Shown one piece after another: positions 19,746 through 29,366 of a stretch of DNA of 64,000 nt. Source of the stretch: an uncultured Chloroflexia bacterium. GTDB taxonomy: Bacteria; Chloroflexota; Limnocylindria; Limnocylindrales; CSP1-4. Position numbers and translations under genes: made by a program. Location: the NCBI GenBank assembly GCA_963813335.1, contig CAWEYL010000001.1, forward strand, positions 1,202,281-1,266,280, given 5' to 3'. The notes below the pieces were generated by a model. That model saw only the letters and a program-made list of their open reading frames with translations. It searched no databases and was not told the DNA's origin. Numbering within the stretch: position 1 is the first letter of the stretch; every line of letters starts with the position of its first letter.

Positions 19746-21188
19746 TCAGAAGTTGATCGACTGCCCGTCGACGGCCATCGCGGCTTCGCCGAGGACCTCG
19801 GAGAGCGTCGGGTGAGGATGCGTCGCGCGGCCGATCTCCCACGGCGCCGCCTCGAGCGTGAACCCGAGGCTGGCCTCCGCGATGAGGTCGGTCGCGTGCG
19901 GGCCGATGAGGTGGACGCCGATCGTGTCGCCGGTCGAGGTGTCGGCGATGACCTTGGCGAAGCCCTCGTACTCGCCACCGATGATCGCCTTGGCGATCGC
20001 CTGGAACGGGACCTTGCCGACCTTGTAGGGGGTGCCGGCGGCCTTGACCTGCTCCTCGGTCAGCCCGATCGACGCGATCTCCGGGCGGCAGTACGTCGCC
20101 CGCGGCTGGCTCACGTAGTCCATCTCGTGGACGTCCGTCTCGCCGGCGATCGTGTGCGCCGCGGTGATCCCCTCGTGGGCCGCCGTGTGGGCCAGCCACA
20201 GGCCGCCGATGACGTCGCCGATGGCGTACACGTGCGGCTCGCGCGTGCGCATGTGCCCGTTGGTCTTGATGACGCCGCGGTCGGTCTCGACCTTGGTCGT
20301 CTCGAGCCCGATGTCCTCGATGTTGGCCGCCCGGCCGGTGGCCACCAGCATCAGCTCCGCACGGAGCTCGGCCGGCTCCTTGCCCTCCGGTCCGACCATC
20401 ACGCAGATCCCGTCCTTGTCGGTCGTGACCGAGGCCGGATCGAAGCGGGCGCTGGTCATGACGGTGATGCCGCGCTTGGTGAAGCTGCGCTCCAGGGTCT
20501 TGCTGACCTCGCCGTCCTCGAGCGGGACGATGCCCGGCAGGTACTCGAGGACCGTCACCTTGACGCCGACGTCGTGGAACATCGAGGCGAACTCGACGCC
20601 GACCGCGCCGGCACCGACGATGACGATGTCGCTGGGCAGCGTGTCCATCCTCAGGATGTCGTCGCTGGTGACGATCCGCTTGCCGTCCGGCTCGAGCCCC
20701 GGGAGCGACTTCACGCGCGACCCGGTCGCGATGATGATGTCCGTCGCGTTCAGCACGCGGTCGCCGCCCTTGCCCGGCGTCCCGTCCTCGCCCGGCTGGC
20801 TGACCCGGATCTTGCCCGGTCCCTCGAGGCGGCCGCGGCCGTCGATCCAGGTGACCTTGTTCTTGCCGATCAGCGACTTGAGCCCGGTCCACATGCGCTT
20901 GACGACCGCGTCGCGGCGGGCAGCCATCGCGGCGTAGTCGACGATCGCGTCGCCGGGAAGCTCCAGGCCGTAGTCCTTGGCATGCCGGATGCGGTCGGCG
21001 AAGGCCGCCGATTCGAGGAGCGCCTTGGTCGGCACGCAGCCGCGGTGGAGGCAGGTCCCGCCGATCTTGTCCTGGTCGACGAGCGCCACCTTGAGGCCGA
21101 GCTGGGCGGCGCGGAACGCGGCGGTGTAGCCGCCAGTGCCCGCGCCGAGCACGACGAGGTCGAAGTCATTGGAAGAGCCGACGGCCAT
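19746..21188 (-). CDS. lpdA: dihydrolipoyl dehydrogenase
   Basis: GAGTGG, GGTCLHRGCVP redox disulfide, HPHPTLSE. Confidence 0.97.
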   Translation of the reverse strand: MAVGSSNDFDLVVLGAGTGGYTAAFRAAQLGLKVALVDQDKIGGTCLHRGCVPTKALLESAAFADRIRHAKDYGLELPGDAIVDYAAMAARRDAVVKRMWTGLKSLIGKNKVTWIDGRGRLEGPGKIRVSQPGEDGTPGKGGDRVLNATDIIIATGSRVKSLPGLEPDGKRIVTSDDILRMDTLPSDIVIVGAGAVGVEFASMFHDVGVKVTVLEYLPGIVPLEDGEVSKTLERSFTKRGITVMTSARFDPASVTTDKDGICVMVGPEGKEPAELRAELMLVATGRAANIEDIGLETTKVETDRGVIKTNGHMRTREPHVYAIGDVIGGLWLAHTAAHEGITAAHTIAGETDVHEMDYVSQPRATYCRPEIASIGLTEEQVKAAGTPYKVGKVPFQAIAKAIIGGEYEGFAKVIADTSTGDTIGVHLIGPHATDLIAEASLGFTLEAAPWEIGRATHPHPTLSEVLGEAAMAVDGQSINF

Positions 21189-21357
21189 GGGTCAGGGTGC
21201 CTCGGGTAGCCGGCGGTCCAGCGGCCCCGATCGGTCGTCGACGGGCCGGACGGTCGGAAGGATCATGGAGGTCGATGGTACGCGTGCGGTCGAGCGTCCC
21301 GCAACCGATGCTAGACTCCGCGCTTCGGGCGCCCGCCCGCGACACAGGAGCGAAGTG

Positions 21358-22002
21358 ATGGATCCGACGATCCTGCGCCTTGCCGTCCTGATGTTCGTCT
21401 CGTACGTCATCGGGTCGATCCCGATGGGTGTGCTCGCGGCGCGGCTGTCCGGCGGGCCGGACCCGCGGACGGTCGGCTCCGGCCGCACCGGCGGCACCAA
21501 CACGCTCCGTGCCCTCGGCCGACGCTGGGCGACGATCGTCGTGGTCGCCGACCTGTTCAAGGGGGTCGTCCCGGTCCTGCTGGCGCGGGTCGTCACGGGC
21601 GGCGACCCGCTCGTCGAGGTCCTGTGCGGCAGTGCCGCCGTGGCGGGCGCCATCTGGTCGCTCTTCACCGGCTTCCGTAGCGGCCGCGGCGTCGGGACCG
21701 GCGTCGGGACGATGCTGGTGATCCAGCCTGTCGCGGTCCTGCTGGCGACTCCCGTCTTCGTGGTCGTGATCCTGCTGACCCGCTACGTGTCGCTCGGGTC
21801 GCTGCTCGGGTCGGCCGCCATGTTCCCGGCGATGCTGCTGGTCCTGATGGTCGTGCCCGAGACGCCGCTCCCCTACGTCCTCTACTCGGCCGTCGGAGCG
21901 GCCCTCATCTGGCTCGCCCACGCCGACAATATCGACCGCCTGCTGCACGGCACGGAGCGGAAGTTCGACCTGGGCCTGCTGGCCGGGAAGCGGCCCGGCT
22001 GA
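21358..22002 (+). CDS. plsY: glycerol-3-phosphate acyltransferase
   Basis: YVIGSIP, GSGRTGGTN, GRGVGT, YVSLGS, HADNIDRLLHGTE; AGGAG RBS. Confidence 0.92.
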   Translation: MDPTILRLAVLMFVSYVIGSIPMGVLAARLSGGPDPRTVGSGRTGGTNTLRALGRRWATIVVVADLFKGVVPVLLARVVTGGDPLVEVLCGSAAVAGAIWSLFTGFRSGRGVGTGVGTMLVIQPVAVLLATPVFVVVILLTRYVSLGSLLGSAAMFPAMLLVLMVVPETPLPYVLYSAVGAALIWLAHADNIDRLLHGTERKFDLGLLAGKRPG

Positions 22003-22019
22003 CACGGGCCCTCGAATCG

Positions 22020-22052
22020 GACGATCCGGGTCGGCTGACGACCCGGATCGTC
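22020..22052. terminator. perfect 14-bp hairpin between convergent genes
   Basis: gacgatccgggtcg-gctga-cgacccggatcgtc. Confidence 0.6.
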
Positions 22053-22105
22053 GTGTCGCGCTGGTTCGGCGGGCCGCCGGTCGGCCCGCACCGAGAGGAT
22101 GAGGG

Positions 22106-22483
22106 TCAGCCTCCGCGCTGGCTGCGGAAGCAGTCGCTGCAGTAGACGGGCTTGCCGCTCGTCGGGCGGAAGGGGACCTGAGCCTCCTTGCCGCAGGACG
22201 AGCAGGTGGCGCTGAACATCTCGCGGGGGCCGCGATCGCGGGATCCGTAACTGCCGCCGGAGCTGTAGCCGCCGGAACCACCCGCCGAATACCCGCCGCC
22301 GGAGCTGTAGCCCCCGTACGAACCCCCGCCCTCGGCGTTGCGGGCAGCCTTGCGGCTGGCGCGGCAGGACGGGCAGCGACGGGGCTCGGTGAAGCCACGC
22401 TGCGCGTAGAAGTCCTGCTCGGATGCGGTGAAGACGAACTCCTGTCCACAGTCTGCGCAGGTCAGGTTCTTGTCGTTGTACAC
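22106..22483 (-). CDS. zinc-ribbon (zf-trcl) plus CxxC-x17-CxxC domain protein
   Basis: CADC..FTASEQDFY..EPRRCPSC; Gly-rich linker; CSSCG..VPFRP..PVYCSDCF. Confidence 0.92.
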   Translation of the reverse strand: MYNDKNLTCADCGQEFVFTASEQDFYAQRGFTEPRRCPSCRASRKAARNAEGGGSYGGYSSGGGYSAGGSGGYSSGGSYGSRDRGPREMFSATCSSCGKEAQVPFRPTSGKPVYCSDCFRSQRGG

Positions 22484-22491
22484 GAAACGAA

Positions 22492-22552
22492 GACTCCTCT
22501 CGGTAGCCGGCGCGAGCCCGTCGGGTTTCTCGCGTCAGCCGTGAGAGGAGTC
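22492..22552 (-). promoter_or_regulatory. 5' UTR hairpin sequestering the Shine-Dalgarno sequence of the zinc-ribbon gene
   Basis: gactcctctc...gagaggagtc perfect 10-bp stem that contains GAGGAG and ends 8 nt before the GTG start. Confidence 0.55.
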
Positions 22553-22689
22553 CGAGTTTGCGTCGAGCTACGTTCTGGCCGTGGACGCGCTCCACGGCGT
22601 TTACGAGCGGGATGATACGAATCGGACGTGCCGTTGCATAGCCCCGACTTTCGGCCGGGCAGCGCGCGACTCGCCGGGGTCCGAGGAGG

Positions 22690-23448
22690 TCAGCCGGCGT
22701 CCGTGAACGGCGCGGTCGCGAACAGGTGGCTGAACTGCTTGCACCACACCACCGTGCTCGCGTACCGGGATGGGTCGACGCCGTCCGGGATGTCGTAGCC
22801 GAACGAGCCGTCGGTCGCCTTGAGCTTGCCGAGCTCCAGGGCGCCGTCCGCATAGCCGTCCGCCGACGGCGAGAGGTAGACGTACAGGTCCGGCCCGTTC
22901 CGCACGGAGAACTCGTCGAACCGGAGCCGGTACTGGCCGGGCCGGGTCTCGATGATCCGAGCCGTGCCAGTCCCGAAGTGGAAGTCGTCGGAACCATGGA
23001 ACGTGCCGATGGCCAGAGTGGCCGGCGCGAACGGCGTCGGGGCCGGCGTCGGGGCCGGCGTCGGGGCCGGCGTCGGGGCAGCGGTGGACGCATCGGTCGG
23101 TCGATCCGACGCGGTGCTCGATGGATACGCGACCGCCGAAGACGACGGCGCGACGGACGGCGGCCGCGGCGCGAGCGATGGCGCAGCGGCGTCCTCCGCC
23201 TCGACCAGGGAGGTCCGAAGGAAGAGCGGCGAAGCGAGATACCACGTCAGCGGCAGGCCGACGGCCAGCATCAGGGCGAGGACCGCACCCGTCCGAGCCG
23301 GATGCCGCCGCCCAGCCGCGAACCAGCCGCGCCGGATCGCGACGCCGATGGTGATGGCACCGGCGACCGCGGCGACGACCACGGCAGCGAAGCGGTAGTC
23401 GTACAGCCCCCCGAAGAACGCCCGTCCCAGCGCGCCGATCGTGTCCAT
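22690..23448 (-). CDS. DM13 domain-containing membrane protein
   Basis: Two N-terminal TM helices, PAPT linker, NGPDLYVYL..LGKLK..VVWCKQFSHLF. Confidence 0.88.
   Translation of the reverse strand: MDTIGALGRAFFGGLYDYRFAAVVVAAVAGAITIGVAIRRGWFAAGRRHPARTGAVLALMLAVGLPLTWYLASPLFLRTSLVEAEDAAAPSLAPRPPSVAPSSSAVAYPSSTASDRPTDASTAAPTPAPTPAPTPAPTPFAPATLAIGTFHGSDDFHFGTGTARIIETRPGQYRLRFDEFSVRNGPDLYVYLSPSADGYADGALELGKLKATDGSFGYDIPDGVDPSRYASTVVWCKQFSHLFATAPFTDAG
23033..23077. repeat. 12-bp tandem repeat (PAPT linker)
   Basis: ggcgtcggggcc about x4. Confidence 0.8.
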
Positions 23449-23500
23449 GGGTCAGGACCCTGACCGACGCGCGTGACGCGGCGATGACGCCAGGGTCGGG

Positions 23501-25177
23501 TCAGTCCGGGCGCGCAGGTCCCGGCGCGGCCGGGGCTGCCGGCGCCACCGAGAACTCGCGGCGGGCCGTCTCGAGGTACGCGTCGACCTCGCGGGCCTGG
23601 CGCGCCTCATCCCAGCCCAGCTCGGTGGCCAGGAGCTCGGCGACCCGTGGCGCGACCGCGGCCCCGCGGTCCGGCAGCTCCTGGGCCAGCCGGGTCCGGC
23701 GGGCGAGGACGTCGTCGATCGACAGGGCCAGCTCGTGGCGCGCGGCCCACGGCACCTCGGCCTCCAGGAACGGTCGCCCGGCGACCAGCGCCCGAACGAG
23801 GTCCAGCGACCTGCCGAAGCTGAGCACCGCCGGCGCCTCGGTGCCGTGCCGGGCGACGAGCCGGTCCGCGGCCCCAGGCCCGACGGCGGACAGGTCCGGA
23901 TCGGCCCCGAGCCCCGCGGCGAGGCGGTCCAGCTCGGGTCGATCGGCGGCCCCCGCCAGGCGATGGTCGACGGTCCTGCTGGGGCGTGCCTTCGCAGCTT
24001 CGCGACCCAGGGCCGCGTCGATCACGTCGCTCGCCATGACCCGGTAGGTCGTGTACTTGCCGCCGCCGATCCGCACCACGCCGTTCGCCTCGATGGAGAC
24101 GCGGTGCTCGCGCGACGCCTTGACCGTCGAGCCGTCCGAGGGTGCGATCAGCGGGCGCAGCCCGGCGAAGGTGCCCACGACGTCCTCGCGCCGCAGGTCG
24201 ACGTCCATCGTGGCGTTGACCGTGTCCAGGAGATGGGTGACCTCCCACGGGTCCGCGGCCGGGTGCTCGTCCGGGCCCTCGTACGGCGCGTCGGTCGTGC
24301 CGATCAGCCAGTGCTCCGGCCAGGGCACCAGGAACACGATCCTGCCCGGGACCCGGATCGTCAGGCCGACCTGGTTGGGGATGCGCGCCCGCGGCACGAC
24401 CAGGTGGGCGCCGCGGCTCGGCAGGATGCGCAGCGAGCCGCCGCCGAACGGGTGGTCGGCCCGCGCCTCCCAGACCCCGGTGGCGTCCACGACGGCCCGC
24501 GTCCGGATCTCGAGGTCCGCGCCGGTCAGGACGTCGCGCGCCCGGACCGCCTCGATCGAGCCGGCTGTCGACCCGGCGCGCAGGCCGGTCGCCCTGACTC
24601 TGGTGACCGCGTTGCCGCCCGCCGCCACCGCCGAGCGAGCCACGGCCAGCGTATAGCGCGCGTCGTCCTCGACCCCGTCGTGGTAGAGCAGGCCGCCGTG
24701 CAGCCCCTCCGTGCGGAGCGTCGGCGCGAGCTCGAGGGTGTCGCTCCGGGAGAGCCGTCGGTGCCAGCCGCCGTCGTGCCGGGCGCCGAGGATGTCGTAC
24801 AGCGTCAGGCCGGCGTCGTAGAACGCCTTCGACGCGAACGGGATCCCGTAGATGGGGAAGAGCAGCGGCTCGACGGTCACGAGGTGCGGGGCGAGGTAGA
24901 GCAGCCGTGAGCGCTCCGCCAGTGCCTCGCGGACCAGCCCGAAGCGGAACTGCTCGAGGTAGCGCAGACCGCCGTGGATCAGCCGCGACGAGCGCGACGA
25001 GGTCCCCGACGCGATGTCGTCCTGCTCGATGAGCGCGGCGCGCATCCCGCGCGAGACGGCGTCGAGGAGCGCGCCGCAGCCCACGATGCCGCCGCCGACG
25101 ATGACCACGTCCCACGTACCGTCGGCCAGGGCCTCGAGGCTGGAGCGGCGACCGGCGACCGGGTCGGCCGCCATCAC
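23501..25177 (-). CDS. glpD: FAD-dependent glycerol-3-phosphate dehydrogenase/oxidase
   Basis: GGGIVG, SGTSSRSSRLIHGGLRYL, GTTD, AGLRPL, GGKYTTYR. Confidence 0.93.
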   Translation of the reverse strand: MMAADPVAGRRSSLEALADGTWDVVIVGGGIVGCGALLDAVSRGMRAALIEQDDIASGTSSRSSRLIHGGLRYLEQFRFGLVREALAERSRLLYLAPHLVTVEPLLFPIYGIPFASKAFYDAGLTLYDILGARHDGGWHRRLSRSDTLELAPTLRTEGLHGGLLYHDGVEDDARYTLAVARSAVAAGGNAVTRVRATGLRAGSTAGSIEAVRARDVLTGADLEIRTRAVVDATGVWEARADHPFGGGSLRILPSRGAHLVVPRARIPNQVGLTIRVPGRIVFLVPWPEHWLIGTTDAPYEGPDEHPAADPWEVTHLLDTVNATMDVDLRREDVVGTFAGLRPLIAPSDGSTVKASREHRVSIEANGVVRIGGGKYTTYRVMASDVIDAALGREAAKARPSRTVDHRLAGAADRPELDRLAAGLGADPDLSAVGPGAADRLVARHGTEAPAVLSFGRSLDLVRALVAGRPFLEAEVPWAARHELALSIDDVLARRTRLAQELPDRGAAVAPRVAELLATELGWDEARQAREVDAYLETARREFSVAPAAPAAPGPARPD

Positions 25178-25416
25178 GTCCGCGGCTCGTCCCCCCGTTC
25201 ATCGGTCGGGCGTCGGGAGATGCGCCAAAGGAGCCAGCCCGTGCCGACGATGAGAACGAGGATCGCGAGCGGTGTATGGAAGACGACCTCTTGCAACGTG
25301 GTCGGGAGGAAGCTGGTCAGCACGGCCGCGCCGAGCACGATGGCGACCACCACCAGGGCGACGATCGCGACCTCGCGCCAGCCCGGCTGGCGGCCCGCGG
25401 GCCGGCTCTCAGCCAC
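25174..25416 (-). CDS. small two-TM hypothetical protein
   Basis: Two hydrophobic helices; overlaps both neighbours; GTG start inferred. Confidence 0.7.
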   Translation of the reverse strand: MAESRPAGRQPGWREVAIVALVVVAIVLGAAVLTSFLPTTLQEVVFHTPLAILVLIVGTGWLLWRISRRPTDERGDEPRT

Positions 25417-26206
25417 GGTCGGCCTCCGGCGGGATCCCGATCGGGGCGACGAGGACCTTCCCGGCATGGGCGACGCCGCGACGGGTGGCGAGGCCGGTCT
25501 TTGGGCGGTGGAACGTGACGGTCAGGTCCGCGCGGACCGCCGGCTCCGACGGCTCGCCGCTTGAGAGGTCCACCGCGGTCGGGGTGTCCACCGCCACCAC
25601 CGGGATGCCGAGCCCGCGCGCCCGGATGATGAGCTCCACCGCGGAGCGGATCGGGTCGCGGAGGGGCCCGCTGACACCGGTCCCGAGCAGCGCGTCGACG
25701 ATGACCGCCGCCCGGTCGATCCCGGTGCCGAAGATGGCGACGTCGCGCGCGACCGGCAGATGGACCTTGCGGATCCCCGTGTCGCGGGCGATGCGATCCC
25801 AGTTGCGGGCACTGACCGCCCCGGCCGGGCGCGCCTCGGGGGCGACCAGCCCGACGATCACCGAGGCGCCCGCGAGCGCCAGCCGGCGCGCGGCGACCAG
25901 GCCATCGCCGCCGTTGTTGCCGGGACCGCACAGGATCACGATCGGCCCGGTCCCCCAGCGATCGAGGTCGACCGCGAGCGCCCGGACCGCGGCCGCGACG
26001 GCCGTTCCGGCGTGCTCCATCAGGCGCTCCTGCGGGACCCCCGCGGCCTGGGCTCGCAGATCCGTGCCGGTCATCGCCTCGCCCGTGATCGGGGGCAGGG
26101 CGGCCTGCGCCGCCCAGCGGGCGCGGAGTCCGCGCAGGTCCAGCTCGAAGATCGACGGGTCGTTCGCGGGGAGGGCGGGACCGACGGGATCGACGGTGGT
26201 GGGCAT
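25409..26206 (-). CDS. nnrE: NAD(P)H-hydrate epimerase (YjeF N domain, stand-alone)
   Basis: LMEHAG, CGPGNNGGDG, VDALLGTG, AVDTPT. Confidence 0.9.
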   Translation of the reverse strand: MPTTVDPVGPALPANDPSIFELDLRGLRARWAAQAALPPITGEAMTGTDLRAQAAGVPQERLMEHAGTAVAAAVRALAVDLDRWGTGPIVILCGPGNNGGDGLVAARRLALAGASVIVGLVAPEARPAGAVSARNWDRIARDTGIRKVHLPVARDVAIFGTGIDRAAVIVDALLGTGVSGPLRDPIRSAVELIIRARGLGIPVVAVDTPTAVDLSSGEPSEPAVRADLTVTFHRPKTGLATRRGVAHAGKVLVAPIGIPPEADRG

Positions 26207-26234
26207 CGCGCCGGCAAGCGTAGCCGAACGGTCC

Positions 26235-27146
26235 TCAGTCCATCCGCAGGCGGGCCGACCGGTCCGGGGCCAGATCGATCAGGCCGTCCCGGGCGAGCCC
26301 GTCGAGCGCGTCGTCGACGGCGGCGCGGTCGTGGACGCCGAGCGGGGCCGGTACCACGACGTAGGCGCCATCGTCCGCCGCGCGGAGGCGATCCAGCACG
26401 CGGCCGCGCAGCCAGCGCGTCGTGGACGGGAACGGGACGGCGGTCGCGCGGCCGGGTCCCGCGCTCGATGCGGTGCGCGGTCGCCGGCGGTTGGTCGCGG
26501 CGCCAGATGCCGCGGATCGGCACCATGGCCGCGCCGGGCACGACCCGCAATCGGTCCGACGCGCCCGGCAGCGCGTCGCCCCGATGTCCATCAAGGCGTG
26601 CGTCCAGGCCGCCGGCGCATCCACCGGGACCGAGGCGTCGGCGAGCGCCTGGACCTGGCGGGCCGTCAGCGTCGCGTCCGCCCCAGCCGTCACCCGGGTC
26701 AGCACCCGGCGGACGTTCGTATCGACCGCGCCGACCGGGAGGCCGAACGCGATCGCCGCGACCGCGCGCGCCGTATACGGGCCGACGCCGGGGAGCGCCT
26801 CGAGGGCCGCGACATCCGCCGGGACCCGCCCGCCATGGTCGCGCACGATGACCCGCGCGGCGCGCCACAGGTTCATGCCGCGCCGGTCGTAGCCGAGACC
26901 CTGCCACTCGCGCAGGACGTCGGCGAGCGAGGCCGCGGCGAGGGCCTCGACGGTCGGGAACCGCGCCATGAAGCGCTCCCAGCGCTCCGCGGCCCGGGCC
27001 GCCTGCGTCTGCTGGGCGATCGCCTCGGAGACGAGCACGGCGTACGGATCCGCGGTCCGGCGGAACGCGAGCGGCCGGCCGACGGCCGCGTACCAGTCGA
27101 GGATCGCGCGCTGCGCCTCGCGCGGGACCGGGCGCGGTTCGTCCAT
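26235..27146 (-). CDS. mutY: A/G-specific adenine glycosylase, short form
   Basis: VSE..QQT, WQGLGY, HhH LPGVGPYTA, VDTNV, Cx6Cx2Cx5C Fe-S loop. Confidence 0.9.
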   Translation of the reverse strand: MDEPRPVPREAQRAILDWYAAVGRPLAFRRTADPYAVLVSEAIAQQTQAARAAERWERFMARFPTVEALAAASLADVLREWQGLGYDRRGMNLWRAARVIVRDHGGRVPADVAALEALPGVGPYTARAVAAIAFGLPVGAVDTNVRRVLTRVTAGADATLTARQVQALADASVPVDAPAAWTHALMDIGATRCRARRTDCGSCPARPWCRSAASGAATNRRRPRTASSAGPGRATAVPFPSTTRWLRGRVLDRLRAADDGAYVVVPAPLGVHDRAAVDDALDGLARDGLIDLAPDRSARLRMD

Positions 27147-27242
27147 CGGTGCAGGATAGCCACGACGCGCGGCGGTGATCCCGAGGTGACCCGCGCGGCG
27201 TACAGTCGGGGCTTCGCAGACCATCGCCGCGGGAGCCGAACG

Positions 27243-27959
27243 ATGACCATCGCCACGTCCACCTTCAGCGGGTTCTCACCCGACGCGATCGACTTCCTGG
27301 CCGAGCTCGCCGAGAACAACGACCGCGCGTGGTTCCAGCCGCGCAAGGCCGACTACGAGCGGCTCCTCAAGGAGCCGATGGAGCAGCTCTGCAGCGCGCT
27401 CGGGGAGCTGTTCCCGTCGAGCGGCATCCCGCTGCACGCCGACCCGGCGAAGTCGCCGTTCCGGATCTACCGGGATGTCCGCTTCTCGAAGGACAAGCGG
27501 CCGTACAAGACGGCCGTGGCAGCGAGCTTCGGCTGGGCCGGCGACGGCATCGCGTCGCACGGGCGCTCGCACGCGGACAACGTCCACGCCAGCGGCGGCT
27601 ACTTCCACCTGCAGCCCGGCGAGATCTACGTCGGCGGCGGGGTCTGGCACCCGGAGCCGAGCTGGCTCAAGGGCTTCCGGGACCGGATCGTGGACGATCA
27701 CGAGGGCTTCCGGGCGATCGTCGAGGCTCCGGCATTCCGCGAGATGTTCGGAAGCGTCAGCGACGACGGCGAGTCGCTCAAGCGGGTGCCGACCGGCTAT
27801 CCGCCAGATCACCCCGCGGCCGACCTGCTCCGCAAGAAGAACGTCACGTTCGGGCGCCGGCTATCGGACGCGGAGGCGACCAGCCCCGACCTGCCCTCGA
27901 TCATCGTGGCGACGTTCGCCGTCGGCACCCCGCTCCTGCGCTACCTGGCCAGCATCTGA
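27243..27959 (+). CDS. DUF2461 family protein
   Basis: NNDRAWF, FRIYRDVRFSKDKRPYK. Confidence 0.9.
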   Translation: MTIATSTFSGFSPDAIDFLAELAENNDRAWFQPRKADYERLLKEPMEQLCSALGELFPSSGIPLHADPAKSPFRIYRDVRFSKDKRPYKTAVAASFGWAGDGIASHGRSHADNVHASGGYFHLQPGEIYVGGGVWHPEPSWLKGFRDRIVDDHEGFRAIVEAPAFREMFGSVSDDGESLKRVPTGYPPDHPAADLLRKKNVTFGRRLSDAEATSPDLPSIIVATFAVGTPLLRYLASI

Positions 27960-27960
27960 C

Positions 27961-28413
27961 GTGCGACGGGGACTGGCACCTTCGGACCTGGGCGACCTCT
28001 TCGACCAGCCGCTGGCCGCCGTGATCTCGCTGAACCTGCCGGATGGCCGGGTCTTCAGCCGGCCCGTCTGGCATCGCTTCATCGATGGTCGGTTCGTCGT
28101 GCAGTTCCCCGATGGCGACCGGAAGATCGCGATGCTCGAACAGGATCCACGAGCGACCGTGCTCCTCGCCGAGAACGCCCTCCCGTATCGTGCGATCGAA
28201 GTCCGAGGCCGTGTCCAGCTGACTCGCGACCGCTATCAGGAGGCCGGTCTGGCGATCATCGAGCGCTACGTCGCTGCGTTCGATCCGACGGCGGAGCCGA
28301 TCACCTACCTGAGCGCCGAGCCCGGGGTGATCGCGACGCTCGAGCCCGAGATCTCCAACTGCTGGGACTACGCCGACGACGCGATGATGCCGCCGACCGA
28401 GCCGCGGGCGTGA
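27961..28413 (+). CDS. pyridoxamine 5'-phosphate oxidase-like (split-barrel, possibly F420-binding) protein
   Basis: PDGRVFSRPVW..K..LEQDPRATVL..IEVRG pattern. Confidence 0.75.
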   Translation: MRRGLAPSDLGDLFDQPLAAVISLNLPDGRVFSRPVWHRFIDGRFVVQFPDGDRKIAMLEQDPRATVLLAENALPYRAIEVRGRVQLTRDRYQEAGLAIIERYVAAFDPTAEPITYLSAEPGVIATLEPEISNCWDYADDAMMPPTEPRA

Positions 28414-29363
28414 CCGCACCGATGCGGTTCGGGGCTGCGTTCTGGATCAACCGCACGGACTGGCCGTCGCTGCGCGACGCGTGCCTGGCCGTGGAGCGGG
28501 CCGGCTGGGACAGCCTCTGGGTGGACGACCACCTGCTCGCCGACGAGGGCGACCCGACCGACGCGAAGCTCGAGGGCTGGGCGACCCTGTCGGCCCTCGC
28601 GGTCCTCACCGAGCGGGTTCGGCTGGGCCTCCTCGTCGGGGCCAACACGTTCCGGAACCCGGGCCTGACCGCCAAGCTGGCCACCACCGTCGACCACCTC
28701 TCCGACGGGCGCCTGGTCCTCGGCCTCGGCGGCGGCTGGTTCGAGCGCGAGCACGACGCCTTCGGGATCGATTTCGGCAGCGGGTTCGGCGAGCGCCTCG
28801 ACCGCCTGGACGAGGCCGTCGGGCTCGTCCGCCGGCTGCTCGACGGGGAGCGCGTGACCCACGAAGGCCGCTTCTACCGCATGCACGACGCGCTGTGCGA
28901 GCCGCGGCCGGTCCAGGCGCGGCTGCCGATCCTCATCGGCGGGTCCGGGCCGACCAAGACCCTCCGGACGACGGCTCGCGACGCCGACCTGTGGAACGCC
29001 TACGGGACGCCGGAGCGGATCGCGGCCACGAGCGAGATCCTGCGTGAGCGCTGCGCGGAGATCGGCCGGCCGTTCGAGGCGATCGAGCGGACCGTGACGA
29101 TCCACGCCGTCGTCCGCGACGAGAGTGACGCCGCGGCGAGGGCGTGGGGCGAGATCGCGCGGATCCACGACCTCGAGAACCGCATGGGGTCGGACGGCAG
29201 CGAGCGCGGGCTGGATGCCGGCGGCTCGCCCGGGGAGGTGGCCGCCTACGTCGAGGGCTACCGGCGGATCGGCGTCGCCGAGGTCATCGTCGTGTTCCGC
29301 GCGCCGTTCGACCTGGAGACCATCGAGCGCCTCGACGAGGTGCGAGCCGCCCTCGGCGGCTGA
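28410..29363 (+). CDS. LLM class flavin/F420-dependent oxidoreductase
   Basis: DSLWVDDH, RNPGLTAK..TVDHLSDGR..GLGGGW, PILIGGSG. Confidence 0.9.
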   Translation: MTAPMRFGAAFWINRTDWPSLRDACLAVERAGWDSLWVDDHLLADEGDPTDAKLEGWATLSALAVLTERVRLGLLVGANTFRNPGLTAKLATTVDHLSDGRLVLGLGGGWFEREHDAFGIDFGSGFGERLDRLDEAVGLVRRLLDGERVTHEGRFYRMHDALCEPRPVQARLPILIGGSGPTKTLRTTARDADLWNAYGTPERIAATSEILRERCAEIGRPFEAIERTVTIHAVVRDESDAAARAWGEIARIHDLENRMGSDGSERGLDAGGSPGEVAAYVEGYRRIGVAEVIVVFRAPFDLETIERLDEVRAALGG

Positions 29364-29366
29364 CCG

